The translations under genes were made by a program, and so were the position numbers. A stretch of DNA of 64,000 bases from Nemertoderma westbladi (lineage: Eukaryota > Animalia > Xenacoelomorpha), in assembly GCA_032718475.1 (NCBI GenBank), contig JAUCBJ010005946.1, positions 1-64,000 on the forward strand. Reading direction: 5' to 3'. Below are positions 12,648 through 24,733 of the stretch, one piece after another; position 1 is the stretch's first letter; each line of letters opens with the position of its first letter. The notes below the pieces were generated by a model. It saw only the letters and a program-made list of their open reading frames with translations. It had not been told where the DNA came from and ran no database searches.

Positions 12648-13419
12648 ATTTAAACCAAGGTTGTATTGAACCCCGTTGACAAGGGATTCATTTAAACCTA
12701 GGTTGTATTGAACCCCGTTGACAAGGGATTCATTTAAACCTAGGTTGTATTGAACCCCGTTGACAAGGGATTCATTTAAACCAAGGTTGTATTGAACCCC
12801 TTTGACAAGGGATTCATTTAAACCAAGGTTGTATAGAACCCCGTTGACAAGGGATTCATTTAAACCAAGGTTGTATTGGACCCCGTTGACAAGGGATTCA
12901 TTTAAACCTAGGTTGTATTGAACCCCGTTGACAAGGGATTCATTTAAACCTAGGTTGTATTGAACCCCTTTGACAAGGGATTCATTTAAACCAAGGTTGT
13001 ATTGAACCCCTTTGACAAGGGATTCATTTAAACCTAGGTTGTATTGAACCCCTTTGACAAGGGATTCATTTAAACCAAGGTTGTATTGAACCCCTTTGAC
13101 AAGGGATTCATTTAAACCAAGGTTGTATTGAACCCCGTTGACAAGGGATTCATTTAAACCAAGGTTGTATTGAACCCCGTTGACAAGGGATTCATTTAAA
13201 CCTAGGTTGTATTGAACCCCGTTGACAAGGGATTCATTTAAACCTAGGTTGTATTGAACCCCGTTGACAAGGGATTCATTTAAACCAAGGTTGTATTGAA
13301 CCCCGTTGACAAGGGATTCATTTAAACCTAGGTTGTATTGAACCCCGTTGACAAGGGATTCATTTAAACCTAGGTTGTATTGAACCCCGTTGACAAGGGA
13401 TTCATTTAAACCTAGGTTG
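12648..13419. repeat. 42-bp satellite, ~18 copies
   Basis: atttaaacc(a/t)aggttgtattgaaccccgttgacaagggattc; stop-free on the minus strand (NLGLNESLVNGVQY)n. Confidence 0.95.
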
Positions 13420-13601
13420 AAATAAATGGGGATCCATTTAAGCACTGCTCAGATTTATGTAATCCTTCACATTAGTGATGCGTTTCTTTTCAATTTCTAG
13501 AGAGTTCCAAATTTCAAAGATAAATTGTTTTTGGTTTGTGGGATTTTATTGTTAAACATTATTTTATTTGCTACGTTTTATTTGTAGATCTATTATTGAG
13601 C

Positions 13602-15186
13602 TACTACTACTAGGATCGGCATGCTGCATTGCAGCTGCATTTTTAAGAATGCTGTGCCGGCTTGTCACAAAATTGCACCGCCACAACTCCCTATCACCCA
13701 TGATATTTGCTAGATCATCCGCATCTTTAAGGCCAGTGTCCTTTAAGATGCGTCTCAAAAAAGTCATGGGCTGTCCACCATGTTTATTCACTCCATAAGG
13801 CTGCCAAAGTACAAGATTATGCACTGGCTGGTGCTCACGGCGAAAGCAATGTCCTGCAAAGCGGAGGCGATTTTGTTCTAGTGTCAAGCTTGGGGGAACC
13901 AATGAGACACCTCCAATGTTATATAGTGTCTGGTTGGAGATGTGTGCATTGTACTTGACACAATGAACCCGGCGTAGCATTCTTGTGAATGTGCCATCCA
14001 GAGATTTGGTGTCCTCAGCAGTTAGAGCCCAGCATGGACTCCCGTAGAGGAGTACTGGAACTACTGCTGCTCTAAATAATCGGACCTTAAGTTTCCGATT
14101 AATTCTCGGTGACTTCCAAATCCTGGAAAGCCTATTCAAGGCTGCCAATGCCTTTCCCTTACGTATTCCAAGGTCCTCATCTGACTTCCGGATCCATGAT
14201 CCCAGGTAACAGAAGTCGTCCACATGCTCAAGCATACCATCCTTTGAGCTTATGCTCATCCGATCAGAGACTTGCTGAGGACTTTCGAAGTTAACTGTCA
14301 GAATTTTGGTCTTTCTGGAGTTAATAAAAATACCAACACTAGAAGCAGCATGTTCTAATGAGCTTAGGAGCCGTTGGGCTCCCTCTAATGATTCTGAGAG
14401 TACTCCTATGTCATCAGCAAAGTCTAGATCAGTTAGGTACTTGGCAGGATTTCCTCGACTTCTAGAGCCAGTAGGTTGAGTTATCATCACCCCATCATCA
14501 TTATAATGATCTAAGGACATGCATAGAAAATAGTCAACCACAATAATGAACAAGAATGGTGCAAGTGTGTCTCCTTGGAGGACGCCCCATAACACTTCAA
14601 ATGGTTCTGTGTCACCGTCAACAGTAGACACAAATGTTGTCGAACCATCGTATACTGATCTGATTGCTGCAATAATTTCATCAGGAATCCCATATAATGA
14701 AAGTATGCTGAACATACGTGAGCGAGAGACTGAATCAAAGGCCTTGAAGAAGTCAACAAAGATAACAGGCAGATGCCTGTCTTTCTTTTTTGATAACTCT
14801 TCAATTATCCTTCTAAGTGCCAAAATGGGCTCCATGGTCCCACGACCTTTACGGAACCCATTCTGATTTCCACGGAGCAGTCTCTCAATGGGATCCCTGA
14901 TGCGATTTAATAGAATCCTATTGTATAGCTTTGCAGCAATCGAGATCAATGAGATTCCCCGAAAAGAACCATAGAGTGTTAGGTTGCCCTTCTTGGGAAC
15001 TGGCACCAACTTATTTGTTTTCATTTCTTGTGGGACTCTTGTTGTTCGGTACATGTCTACTATGATGGGATAGATGAGCTTTAAACACTCAGGTATTTTA
15101 AAGACCTCAGGGGGAACACCATCTACTCCACTGGCACGATTGGTCTTAATGCTCTTTGCAGCAGCCTTCACTTCTGCAAAGGAGCC
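13602..15186 (-). mobile_element. 5'-truncated RTE-clade LINE (RT) with (TAG)n tail and long flanking direct repeats
   Basis: 535-aa ORF with FVDFFKAFDS, GVLQGDTLAPFLF, DLDFADD, YLGS and RLRFAGHCFR. Tail (tag)n at 13601-13613. Direct repeats at ~13544-13601 and ~15187-15245. Confidence 0.93.
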
Positions 15187-15607
15187 TTTTCTTGTTAAAC
15201 TTTATTTTATTTGTTTAAGTTTTATTTGTAGATCTATTATTGAGCAATGGCAATGTAAGGTGCAAGAATCGTATGCTTAGGTTGTAGATGTAATTTTTGA
15301 GTGCATTGTAATCTCGCATGGATCGTAGAGTATAAGAAATAGCATTGGTTTTAAGACTTTCTTCCGTTCCAGACAGAGTCAGCTCCTGTATTCGTTTGTT
15401 TTGAATAATTCGTAGTGCGTGATTTTATAGTTTTTCAAATCCGTACAAAAGATTGGTGTATCCGTGTTTGTTGTTTAAAGGTGCCAATATTTCGGTGCAG
15501 TAGTTGTGATATGGGAGAACCGTTGCTTTGTTGATGTTTAGTTTTGTTTTTTGAGATAGCTAGCTGTCCTTTTACTAAGCGTAAACAAGCTATCGATTGT
15601 GTCATTC

Positions 15608-15913
15608 AATATACAATGTAAATAGGCGTTTCCATAGCGAAAAATATCAACCGGCCCTATTGGGACTCGAACCCAGTACCTAGGTTTCAAACTTCTGGTT
15701 ATCATCAGCCGGGTGAGTGTACTGAGCTACCAGACCGGATGAATATTTCGCTGTGGAGTGGGAGAGGAAGTTTGAAACCTAGGTACCGGGTTCGAGCCCC
15801 AATAGGGCCTTTTGATATTTTTCGCTATGGAGAGCATTATCATATTGTCCTATTTACATTGTATATTTAATACACCGCGTCACTCGCCCCACAACAATTC
15901 ACTTATTATTATT
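15608..15913. mobile_element. Head-to-head (inverted) tRNA-SINE dimer with 13-bp TSD
   Basis: Arms ~15608-15695 and ~15767-15867 are inverted. Minus arm has A box tggtagctcagt and B box gggttcgagtccc. (TTA)n tail at ~15903-15913. gattgtgtcattc at 15595-15607 and 15914-15926. Confidence 0.7.
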
Positions 15914-16016
15914 GATTGTGTCATTCTATCTACTATGTGTGTTGCTTTCCAGTCAAGTCTGACATACCGTCTTCATTCATAACAATAATTGTAACAGAGT
16001 TGTTATCTATTTTTAG

Positions 16017-16356
16017 CACGTGGTGATGATTCTGCCACGGCTAGAACTCTTGGAAACGAGTCGACATACAGGAGTCATAAAAAAACGTCCCCGCCACCGG
16101 CGCCCACCAATGCACCACCAGCCACACCAGCTCCACCACCAAGCGTTAATGATTGGTCAGTGAAGGATCTTTTTACGGTTGATGGGGGAAAGCGGGCGAA
16201 GAGAGATGCAGTTGACCCCGATACGTTACCTAAACCAGCCGGCGCGGCAGATAGAGTGGCTGCCTTGAGTTCCTTAACTAAACGTTACGAACCGGCGGAG
16301 AATATTCGTAAAAGATCCATTGATAAACGAGACATGAATCCTTGGTTCCCTGACAG
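16017..16356 (+). CDS. Metallopeptidase-ShK-FN3 gene, exon A (Pro-rich propeptide with KR/RAKR/RKR sites); upstream exon not found
   Basis: ttttag| acceptor, open frame RGDDSAT...PPPAPTNAPPATPAPPP...GGKRAKRD...IRKRSIDKRDMNPWFPD, donor ag|gttaat (phase 2, matches exon B). Confidence 0.7.
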
Positions 16357-16464
16357 GTTAATTATTTAGTTTGTTCAGATTATTTTTTATCAGATTATTT
16401 ATTTCAAATTGCGATAATTTGTGATATATTAAATACACACAGCACCTGAATAATAATAATATTT

Positions 16465-16810
16465 TATTTATTTATTTATTTATTTATGAAAGGCGAGAGT
16501 AAATACCACCGATCAGACTAGACTGCTAGCTAGTGTGGTCTGGAGGGGAGTTTTAATGATGTTTTTAGTAATAACAATAATAACAACTGAATATAAACAT
16601 TAATATACAAACATATTAAACCGTAATACATTGTTGTCTGGGTTGAATATAACATGGATTAAAAACCCAGTCTATTGGTTTTGTTAGTTCAGAGAACGTG
16701 TGTGATATAAAAGGGTGTGGAGGTCATTCATTAGCAAAGTTCAATAAAGTAAAGTCATCAGCAAAAAGGGTACTTAATAATGTTGTAACGTTAGGAAGAC
16801 ATTAATTAAG
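16465..16810 (-). mobile_element. Decayed CR1/L2-type LINE 3' remnant
   Basis: Minus strand reads LPNVTTLLSTLFADDFTLL; (TAAA)n tail at ~16465-16487. Confidence 0.5.
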
Positions 16811-17675
16811 CGGATGAATAGAATCGGAGAGAGGGTACTTCCTAGTGGGAGTCTGCAGAGTAATTGTAGAAGAGAAGGGTTTATACCGTCAATGGAAACG
16901 TATTGTTTTCGATCCTGTAATGGATTTCGCGTGCATCTGGCACGATAATATCCTAAAACGGCTTTGTATCTCTAAGGTTTCCAAAAAGTGTTTCTTTTAG
17001 CCTTATTGTTTTGGTTTCTGGCTATCAATACTGTCATGTAAATATTTCCTACTAGTACACGGTCCTTCAATGACTTGTTATTTACGGACATCCACAACCC
17101 TTCATAGATAGTTCAAAAACACAGTGATTTCTGTTCTTTCCAAGATGTTATATTGCTCCCATTCTGGCATATAAAAATAGTGCATAGTTTTAGTATTTCG
17201 TGCTATAAATACTCTGAACAAATATAATACATGAAAAGGTCTATAGAAAATCTATAGGTAGTGAAAAAAGTCTAAATAAAAGGGCACAACGTCGGACAAA
17301 CGTCATGCGGTGTCAACGTCATACGTTGGTGCAGCTTCACGCTATTGGAACTTGGCGATAGTGCAGACTGCAGAACACCAGAATCACCGTCTGAGTCCAA
17401 ACAGGGCAGGGGTGGGACCGATTGGACGCAAATGGTTAGCTGCTACTCTGCCCTCAATATTATATACATCTACGGTGGTTAAACATTGCTAAATAGACAT
17501 TTTTTACGGGCTTGTTGTGTGGAAATATCTGAGAAATTGAAAAATCCGGGCAGGCCACCAGTAAGAAAAGGTGTCGATCTATCATCATATCGAATTTTGT
17601 AGCATTTTATTGAAATTTGAAAACAATTAGGGGGGGGGGGGGGCTCCGACCCCCTAAAAATGGTTGTTGTATTAA

Positions 17676-18460
17676 CCCTATTAAACCCGGGGGGGGGGTC
17701 AATATGACCCCCCCTCCTCCCCCGTGGTTTTTTTATTATAATTCTGAAACAAACGCAGTTGGGAATTTTTTTCCTAAAAATCTATTGTCTTCCTAGAAGT
17801 GAAAACCGTTTTCAAAAATATTGGGTAGTTTTCGAGTTATGGCACCATTTTTTACCCTACTTTTGGCACTTTTTTTGAGAGGTTTTTTGAAAATTACATT
17901 TCATTAAATATGAATTGTAACATCTCTATTTTTGATTTACACCGGTTTTTTGGTGTTAGCAATTGGATGGAATTCATATAAATTGATTTAGAAATTTCAA
18001 ACAATGTTTTTTTCAGCGGGTGCCAAATTTTGGTGCCTGCACCCAATTTTGAAATATTCAATTTTGTAAATTGATTGTTTGAAACTTGTTTTTTACGCAA
18101 TTGGGGTTTTTTGGGGTTCTGGTTTCGATGAAATATTTACGAGTTGCACCAAGCGTATCAAACTTGTATTTTCGGTGCTGTGTGCAAATTTTGGTGCTAG
18201 CACGAAATTTTGAAAATCCATTCAATAGATAAAATTGCTTGTGACAATTTATTTCCTGCGCGTTTAGAGGTTTATGGCTGTTCTGAATTCAATGGAATAT
18301 ATAATTATCGAACTAGACATCTCAAACTTGTATTTTTCGGAAGTGGGTATGTGGTACTAGCACCAAATTTTAAAAACCATCAAATATATCAATTGATGGT
18401 GTCACCTTGTTTATTGCGTTATATGGGTTTGTGATGGTTCTGAATTCAATGGAATCAGTA
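17676..18460. mobile_element. Possible piggyBac-like non-autonomous element, left part
   Basis: TTAA|CCCT terminus followed by a G-run/C-run hairpin and internal degenerate repeats; matching right TIR not found. Confidence 0.35.
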
Positions 18461-18474
18461 AAAATTTCATTTAT

Positions 18475-19450
18475 ATAATACGTATTTATTATAGACCAAG
18501 TTTTTATTATGTTAGAGGAGTGTTGATCGAATTGGTAGGTCTATTAATTCTTCTCTGCTACTTTTAGGATTTTCGATAGTTTGTTACGGAAGGTGTTGAA
18601 TATTTTGCGGTCAGTTTCAGAGTGAGATTTTAACAATTTCCTATATAGTTTATCTTTAAGTCTGATTGATTTTATGATACCTGAAATGATCCATTTTTTA
18701 CCAAATACTTTGGATATATCATCGTAGAAACGATCAAATTTGTCAGCCGGGAAATATAATTATCGGTGTACTACAAGTTTAGATGAGAGTTTATATCGTT
18801 TAAAAAACATTGTTCGTCATATTTAGAGTAATCGAAAGATAGTTTTGTTTTAGGATCATTGAAAACACATTTATATTTTTGGCAATGATGAAGGTAGTGT
18901 GGGGTCACAGTTAATGATGCATTTAATGTAGGTGATGCGAAATGAATTGAGTGGGAATAACAGCGTCTGTCTGACAGACGGTCGCTACTAGTAGATTGTG
19001 CCTATTATTAGCGATTTTGAATTAGGTCGAGAAATTTTAACTCATTAGTTTTCGAGTCCCTGGGATTTGGAACTCAGGAAACTCTGTGACTTGTATTGAG
19101 TCTCTTAAGTAGTAACGTATAAGTAAGTATAAGTAGTTACGTAGGTAACCGTTTATAAAATTCTATGTTTTTTTTAATTGAAAAAGTTTCCGTAAAAGTA
19201 AAAATATCAAATTTATATTCAAGAATTTTAAGAAACTGGCTTATTATGTAATCAAAATAAGAAAGGTTTTGACAGTTTAAATTAAAAAATACAGAAAAGC
19301 TATTTGGTTTCGTGGAAGAAAGTCTTAAGATAATGTATCTTTATCAAACTCCACATTGGTAATATTTAGCTCAGGGTCAATATTTGAAAAAGTTTGATTT
19401 AAATGATTTATTTCTAGCGCAATAACGAATCGTTTAAAATCTCCCTCGTC
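18475..19450 (-). mobile_element. Decayed CR1/L2-type LINE, endonuclease-linker remnant
   Basis: Minus strand gives DKLYRKLLKSHSETDRKIFNTFRNKLSKILKVAEK..KTWSIIN with stops. Confidence 0.5.
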
Positions 19451-19456
19451 TTCATC

Positions 19457-19665
19457 TAAAACAGATGAAAAGGGTAAACGTCATTAAAACGGCAAGAGAT
19501 ATAAAAAATAAAACAGATGAAAAGGGTAAACGTCATTAAAACGGCAAGAGATATAAAAAATAAAACAGATGAAAAGGGTAAACGTCATTAAAACGGCAAG
19601 AGATATAAAAAATAAAACAGATGAAAAGGGTAAACGTCATTAAAACGGCAAGAGATATAAAAATA
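19457..19665. repeat. 52-bp tandem repeat, 4 copies
   Basis: taaaacagatgaaaagggtaaacgtcattaaaacggcaagagatataaaaaa at 19457, 19509, 19561 and 19613. Confidence 0.95.
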
Positions 19666-19849
19666 GGTGTTACTTTTATTTGAGATAAAAATTCACCACG
19701 GGAAAAATGCTGACCACAAGGCAGATGAAAGGTTGATTCACATAGAGCACAAGAAAAATTTTATGTATGAATTTAAAATTGGGGAAAAGCAAAAAGCACA
19801 GGAATTGGGAATGGGATTTTGGTACATGGAATGGGGCGTTTGGGCATTC

Positions 19850-20318
19850 TAACATTCCTGGAAGACTTTAATGCAAGTCTGCATCAATCACCTACATCGC
19901 GTCACAAGTCCCAGATAGATTCATTTTCTGTTTCGTAGGAAATACAGGAGCTCTATACAAGACTGTAACGCATTTACACTTCGACCCTTCTCCAGTGATC
20001 ACCGCCTTATTGTGGCCAAGGTAAGACTAGTCTGCGTGCTAGCAGAACAACGAAATCTGCCTTGCCGCGGCATGACTGGTCCTCTTTGTTGCAACAGCCA
20101 AGTGTGAGATCCAGCTTCACACTACAGCTGAGCAATAGGTATGAGGTTCTTGTCTCTGAGGCGGCAGATCACTATGAGGGCTATACTGCCTTCACAGAAG
20201 CAGTTAAGTTAGCAGCTGCAGAAAAAGTTCCTGTATACCCTCGAAACAGGAAAAAGGCCCCCTGGACTGACCACAAAATTAGGAAGTGCCGAAATGACCT
20301 CTATAAGGCGCAGAAAGA
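19850..20318 (+). mobile_element. RTE LINE fragment (endonuclease end and linker)
   Basis: DFNA, SDHRLIVAKVRL, LQLSNRYEVL and KKAPW motifs; cut off by a SINE. Confidence 0.7.
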
Positions 20319-20562
20319 TGTCGTAGTGTCCGAGTGGATACGGCGCATGAACTGCTTACACAATAGTGTTTGGTGGCCCAGGTTCGAATCCGACTAAAGG
20401 CTGTAGAAATTTCGCATTGTTGTGTCCCTAGGCAAGACACTTTAGACATTAGTTAGTGCCTACGCCAACCCAGCGGTATAATGGGAACCTAGCTTTGCTG
20501 GGGTAATGATAATAAAAGCGCTTTGAGTATGCCGAGCATAATAAAGCGCTATATAATTAACC
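20319..20562 (+). mobile_element. tRNA-derived SINE, CORE-like centre, L2-like tail
   Basis: A box tagtgtccgagtgg, B box ggttcgaatcc, gtgtccctaggcaagacact, 3' aagcgctttgag...aaagcgctatataa; near-identical to the copy at 24239-24508. Confidence 0.85.
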
Positions 20563-20566
20563 AAGC

Positions 20567-21310
20567 AGGACAATTCGTTCTCGGGAAATTCGGTTCGGAC
20601 AATTCGGTCCCGGACAATTCGGTCCCGGACAATTCGGTCCCGGGCAATTCGGTCCCGGACAATTCGGTCCCATTAATTTTGTATTTTGGGACCGAATTGT
20701 CCGGGACCAAATTCTCCGTGACCGAATTGTCCGGAGACAGACTGGGACAAATTCGGCCCCAAAACATACATATTAATGGGACCGAATTGTCCGGGACCGA
20801 ATTGTCCGGGAACAAAATTGATAATGGTGAATGTTCTAGAAACTTAGTAGATATTTTTATAGTAGTTTATATAGGTTTTTATAGTGTTTTTTTTACTTTG
20901 TTAAAAGATTTTACTTTTTTTGTTAACATTATTACTTATGGTAGCTAGTGGAGCTAGTGAATTATTTACTATCTAGTAATAGTAGTATGTATTTAAAATG
21001 TTTAAAACTGATTTAAGTAACAGGTAAAAAAGATGGTGTTGACCAGTAGTACTATTAAATTAAAATAAGCTATTAATTTAACAGCAATTTATTCTTGAAT
21101 CTATACATATTAAATGCTAAATAAGTAGCAAAATATTAGTAATTCAATTTTCATAGTATTTTGTTTTTGGTCCGAATTATGTTTCTATCAGGAACCGGAC
21201 AATTAGGTCCCGGACAATTCGGTCCTAGGACAATTCGATCCCGGACAATTCAATCCCGAACAATTCCGTCCCATTTATTTAGTGTTTAGGGACGAAATTG
21301 TCCGGAACAG
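20567..21310. mobile_element. Element with 15-bp repeats (ggacaattcggtccc) in direct and inverted blocks
   Basis: Blocks at 20567-20812 and 21197-21310 that switch orientation around AT-rich spacers. Confidence 0.6.
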
Positions 21311-21585
21311 AATTGTTGAATTGAACAAATAAGTTGGTGCCAGTTCCCAAGAAGGCCAACTACCTAACACTCTATGGTTCTTTTCGGAGAATCTCATTGA
21401 TCTCGATTGCTGCAAAGCTATACAATAGACAGATGGCATTCCGGTACCATTACTAGTGCATAGATTCCATGCCTCAACATTCAATAGTGTCCTCAGCACT
21501 AGTACTGATTTGGATGCCGTAAAGTGCTGACAGCTATAGGTCCTGAGTGGCCCGGACCTGATCACCTGAGTACCTTGACACTGAC

Positions 21586-22481
21586 TCACCATGTCCTGGA
21601 ATGTAATGTAGTTATATAGTATAGTGTAGTACATTTTTCTAGAAACCTTAATGAAATTGCATGAAATTTGAAACATAGATAGTTCCACCTCCCTCCTCCT
21701 CCGTGGGTGAGCCAGAATTTTTATTTTTGCTTTCAATCGTGTTTGAAAAGGGTGTCTCCGACGATATTGTACCATATACACTGCAGTTATTCTTCAACCT
21801 TATAATGATTTGTTGATATTGTTAGAAAGCTGGCCCTGTAAGGATTCCAAATATGTAACATAATCTGAATTTCATTATAAAAAATGAGTATGATATGAAT
21901 CATATCATACTCATTATATATTAATACAATGAGATATGAGCTTTCGAAAGTTGCTTGGTTTTGCGCCTGTGCGAGGTTATTTTATTCTATTTAACAAATA
22001 AATCATATTCTGGAACACTTTGTTTATGTATGAATAGAGCTACAGTTATTGCATTGTTGCCCAGCTACGTATGGGATAAACAAAATGTTCTAGAAAATGG
22101 TGTATTTATTAAATAGAATAAAATAGCGCAGGTGTAAAACCATTCAACTTTAGAATGCCTATATCTCAGCTGTTTTACGACGAAATTCAGATTGTTACAT
22201 ATTTGGAATCCTTGCATGGCCAGCTTTCCATTGGTACCAACAAACAGCTATAAGGTAGAAGAATAACTGCGGTGTAACTGGTGTAATATCGCCGGAGACA
22301 CCTTTTTCAAACACTTGTAGCTAAAGAATGACAGCAAAAATAAAAATTCTGGCTCACCCAGCAAGGAGGAGGGAAGTGAAACTATCTCTGTTTAAAATTT
22401 TATGCGATCTCATTAAGATTTGTAGAAATATTTGGGGGTGGGGGGCAGGTACCTGAATAACGACACTATATTCCAGAATAT
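21586..22481. mobile_element. Foldback/MITE-like element with long imperfect TIRs
   Basis: gggtgagccagaatttttatttttgct (~21704) vs agcaaaaataaaaattctggctcaccc (~22333); arms align for more than 300 bp. Confidence 0.75.
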
Positions 22482-23083
22482 GTTCATAATTGTGGTTGAC
22501 TATGTTCTACGCATGTCTTTAGATCATCACGATGATAATGGGGTGATGCCCAACGGCTCCTCAGCTCATTAGAACAGGCTGCTTCTATTGTTGGTCTTTT
22601 TATTAACTCCAGAAAGACCAAAATTTTGACAGTTATCTTTGAAAGTCCTCAGCAAGTCTCTGACCGGATGAGTATAAGCTCAAATGATGGTATGCTTGAG
22701 CATGTGGACGACTTCTGTTACCTGTGATCATGGATTCGGAAGTCAGGTGAGTATATAACATTGGAGGTGTCTCATTGGTTCCCCCAAGCTTGACACTAGA
22801 ACAAAGCCGCCTCTGCTTTGCAGGACATTGCTTTCGCCGTGAGGACCAGCCAGTGCATAATCTTGTGCTTTGGCAGCCTCATGGAGTGAATAAGCATGGT
22901 GGACAGCCCATGACTTTCTTGAGACGCATCTTAAAGGACACTGGCCTTGAAGATGCGGATGATCTAGAAAATGTCATGGGTGATAGGGAGTTGTGGCGGC
23001 GCAATTTTGTCGACAAGCCGGCACAGCATTCTTAAAAATGCATCTGCAATGCAGCATGCCTATACTAGTAGTAGTAGTAGAAG
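22482..23083 (+). mobile_element. Internally deleted, 5'-truncated RTE copy with (TAG)n tail
   Basis: Same family as 13602-15186 with two internal deletions; flanked by tccagaatatg / tccaggacatg. Confidence 0.88.
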
Positions 23084-24238
23084 ATCCAGGACATGGTGTA
23101 GATAGGGTAGTATTTTTTATTTTTTATTTTTTAATTTTTATTACCTGACTTACGCCTTCGATGGCTATAATTAAAATTGTAGGTCTAATATATAATATAA
23201 ATTCATGACAGCAGGTAAAATTAGGTCAAACAGTTCTACGATAATGATAATGATAATGATAATGATAATCATGATGATAATCATATATGCATATGGAACC
23301 GTAACGAGATATAAGATATAATGAAATAAAATCTAAAGTCAAATATACAATTATAGGAGGCACATGAGGGTATAAAGTTCAGCAATATTTAGCCAGTGGG
23401 GGACAAGATTGGAAGGTGATAGCCAGTTTTGAGTGTATTTAATAGTCCAAGTTGAAGAAGCTGAGGATGCATGTTTGTGTTGAAGTTCAAAGTTATAGTT
23501 GTTTAAAATTGATTTTAAACATAGTACTTGATGTGTTTGTTTAAAACTCAGGTCCATTGTGTTGCGTCTTCGCGATCCATCTATACAATTCTTTATACAG
23601 TAATTATTTGTTGCGAGGCTTATAAGGCATGGAATATCTTCTCTCCAGGCGCCTACCGAGTATTCTTACATCAGTTGGTCGTAATATATCCCAGTTAGGT
23701 TTTGGCTCAGGATGGTTGTGAACAGATGTGACACCGTTTTATTGGTGGTACTGAGAGGATTGTAGATTACCCGGAGACAGACAGCGACTTCAGACACAGA
23801 CACTTATGCGACTACAGAGACAGCTACTTATTGTGGAGAAAGCGTAAACAGTGGGAATTAAGCAGTTTTCTTGATTGATTGGAATGCTTACTAAAATAAA
23901 AAAATAATTCATATGAAATATGTACTGTACAGTGTACACTAATTATTTTCTTTTTAATCATCTACGGTAATTTGGTGTTGCAGTTTGCCATATAGTGCAG
24001 TTTGCCATATAGTAAATATCTATTGAAAAATAATATTGAATTTTAAATCAGATAACCAAAATACAATTTTTATCGTGTAGGGAGTCGAGATATTATAGAA
24101 AATATATTTCAAAAAATTAGAATTTCTATGATTTTATGACACAGAACTGTTTATTAAGATTTATCTGTGTGTGTGCAGCGGAAAATACCATGTATAATGA
24201 AAATTGTTGTATCGTTTGTAATATTTTATAATTAGATT

Positions 24239-24508
24239 ATAATAATAATAATAATAATAATAATATTGGTTATTTATATAGCGCTTTATTATGCTCGGCA
24301 TACTCAAAGCGCTTTTATTATCATTACCCCAGCAAAGCCAGGTTCCCATTATACCGCTGGGTTGACGTAGGCACTAATGTCTAAAGTGTCTTGCCTAGGG
24401 ACACAACAGTGCGAAATTTCTACAGCCTTTAGTCGGATTCGAACCTGCGCCACCAAACACTATTGTGTAAGCAGTTCAGGCGCCATATCCACTCAGACAC
24501 TGCGACAC
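24239..24508 (-). mobile_element. tRNA-derived SINE, second copy with (TTA)n tail
   Basis: Reverse complement of 20319-20562 plus a simple-repeat tail; ends about 30 bp upstream of exon B. Confidence 0.85.
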
Positions 24509-24538
24509 TATAAGTGTAATTCGATAACCTAATTTTAG

Positions 24539-24733
24539 GGGCGATGCCTGGAGGAATGTCAACTGTCGTCATGTTTCTCCCCCTCCCAACGCGGTTGTTG
24601 CCGAAATGAATTTGGATCCTTTCTATAAGAAATACCTTCACGCCTATGGAATTCCGATACTCAGTTCGGAGAATGTTCCTGATGAGGCACTTCGGAGAGC
24701 CTGTTACATTACTTGGTTCATGATGTTAGATAG
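24539..24733 (+). CDS. Metallopeptidase gene, exon B
   Basis: ttttag|G GDAWRNVNCRHVSPPP...LDPFYKKYLHAYGIPILSSENVPDEALRRACYITWFMMLD ag|gtaggt. Confidence 0.9.

Noticed and set aside
16160-16369. Stand-alone neuropeptide precursor
   Set aside because: Dibasic sites lack repeated amidated peptides, and the exon splices in phase to the peptidase exon, so a propeptide is the simpler reading.
20319-20400. tRNA gene
   Set aside because: A/B boxes continue into a SINE body and tail, and the whole unit is repeated at 24239-24508.
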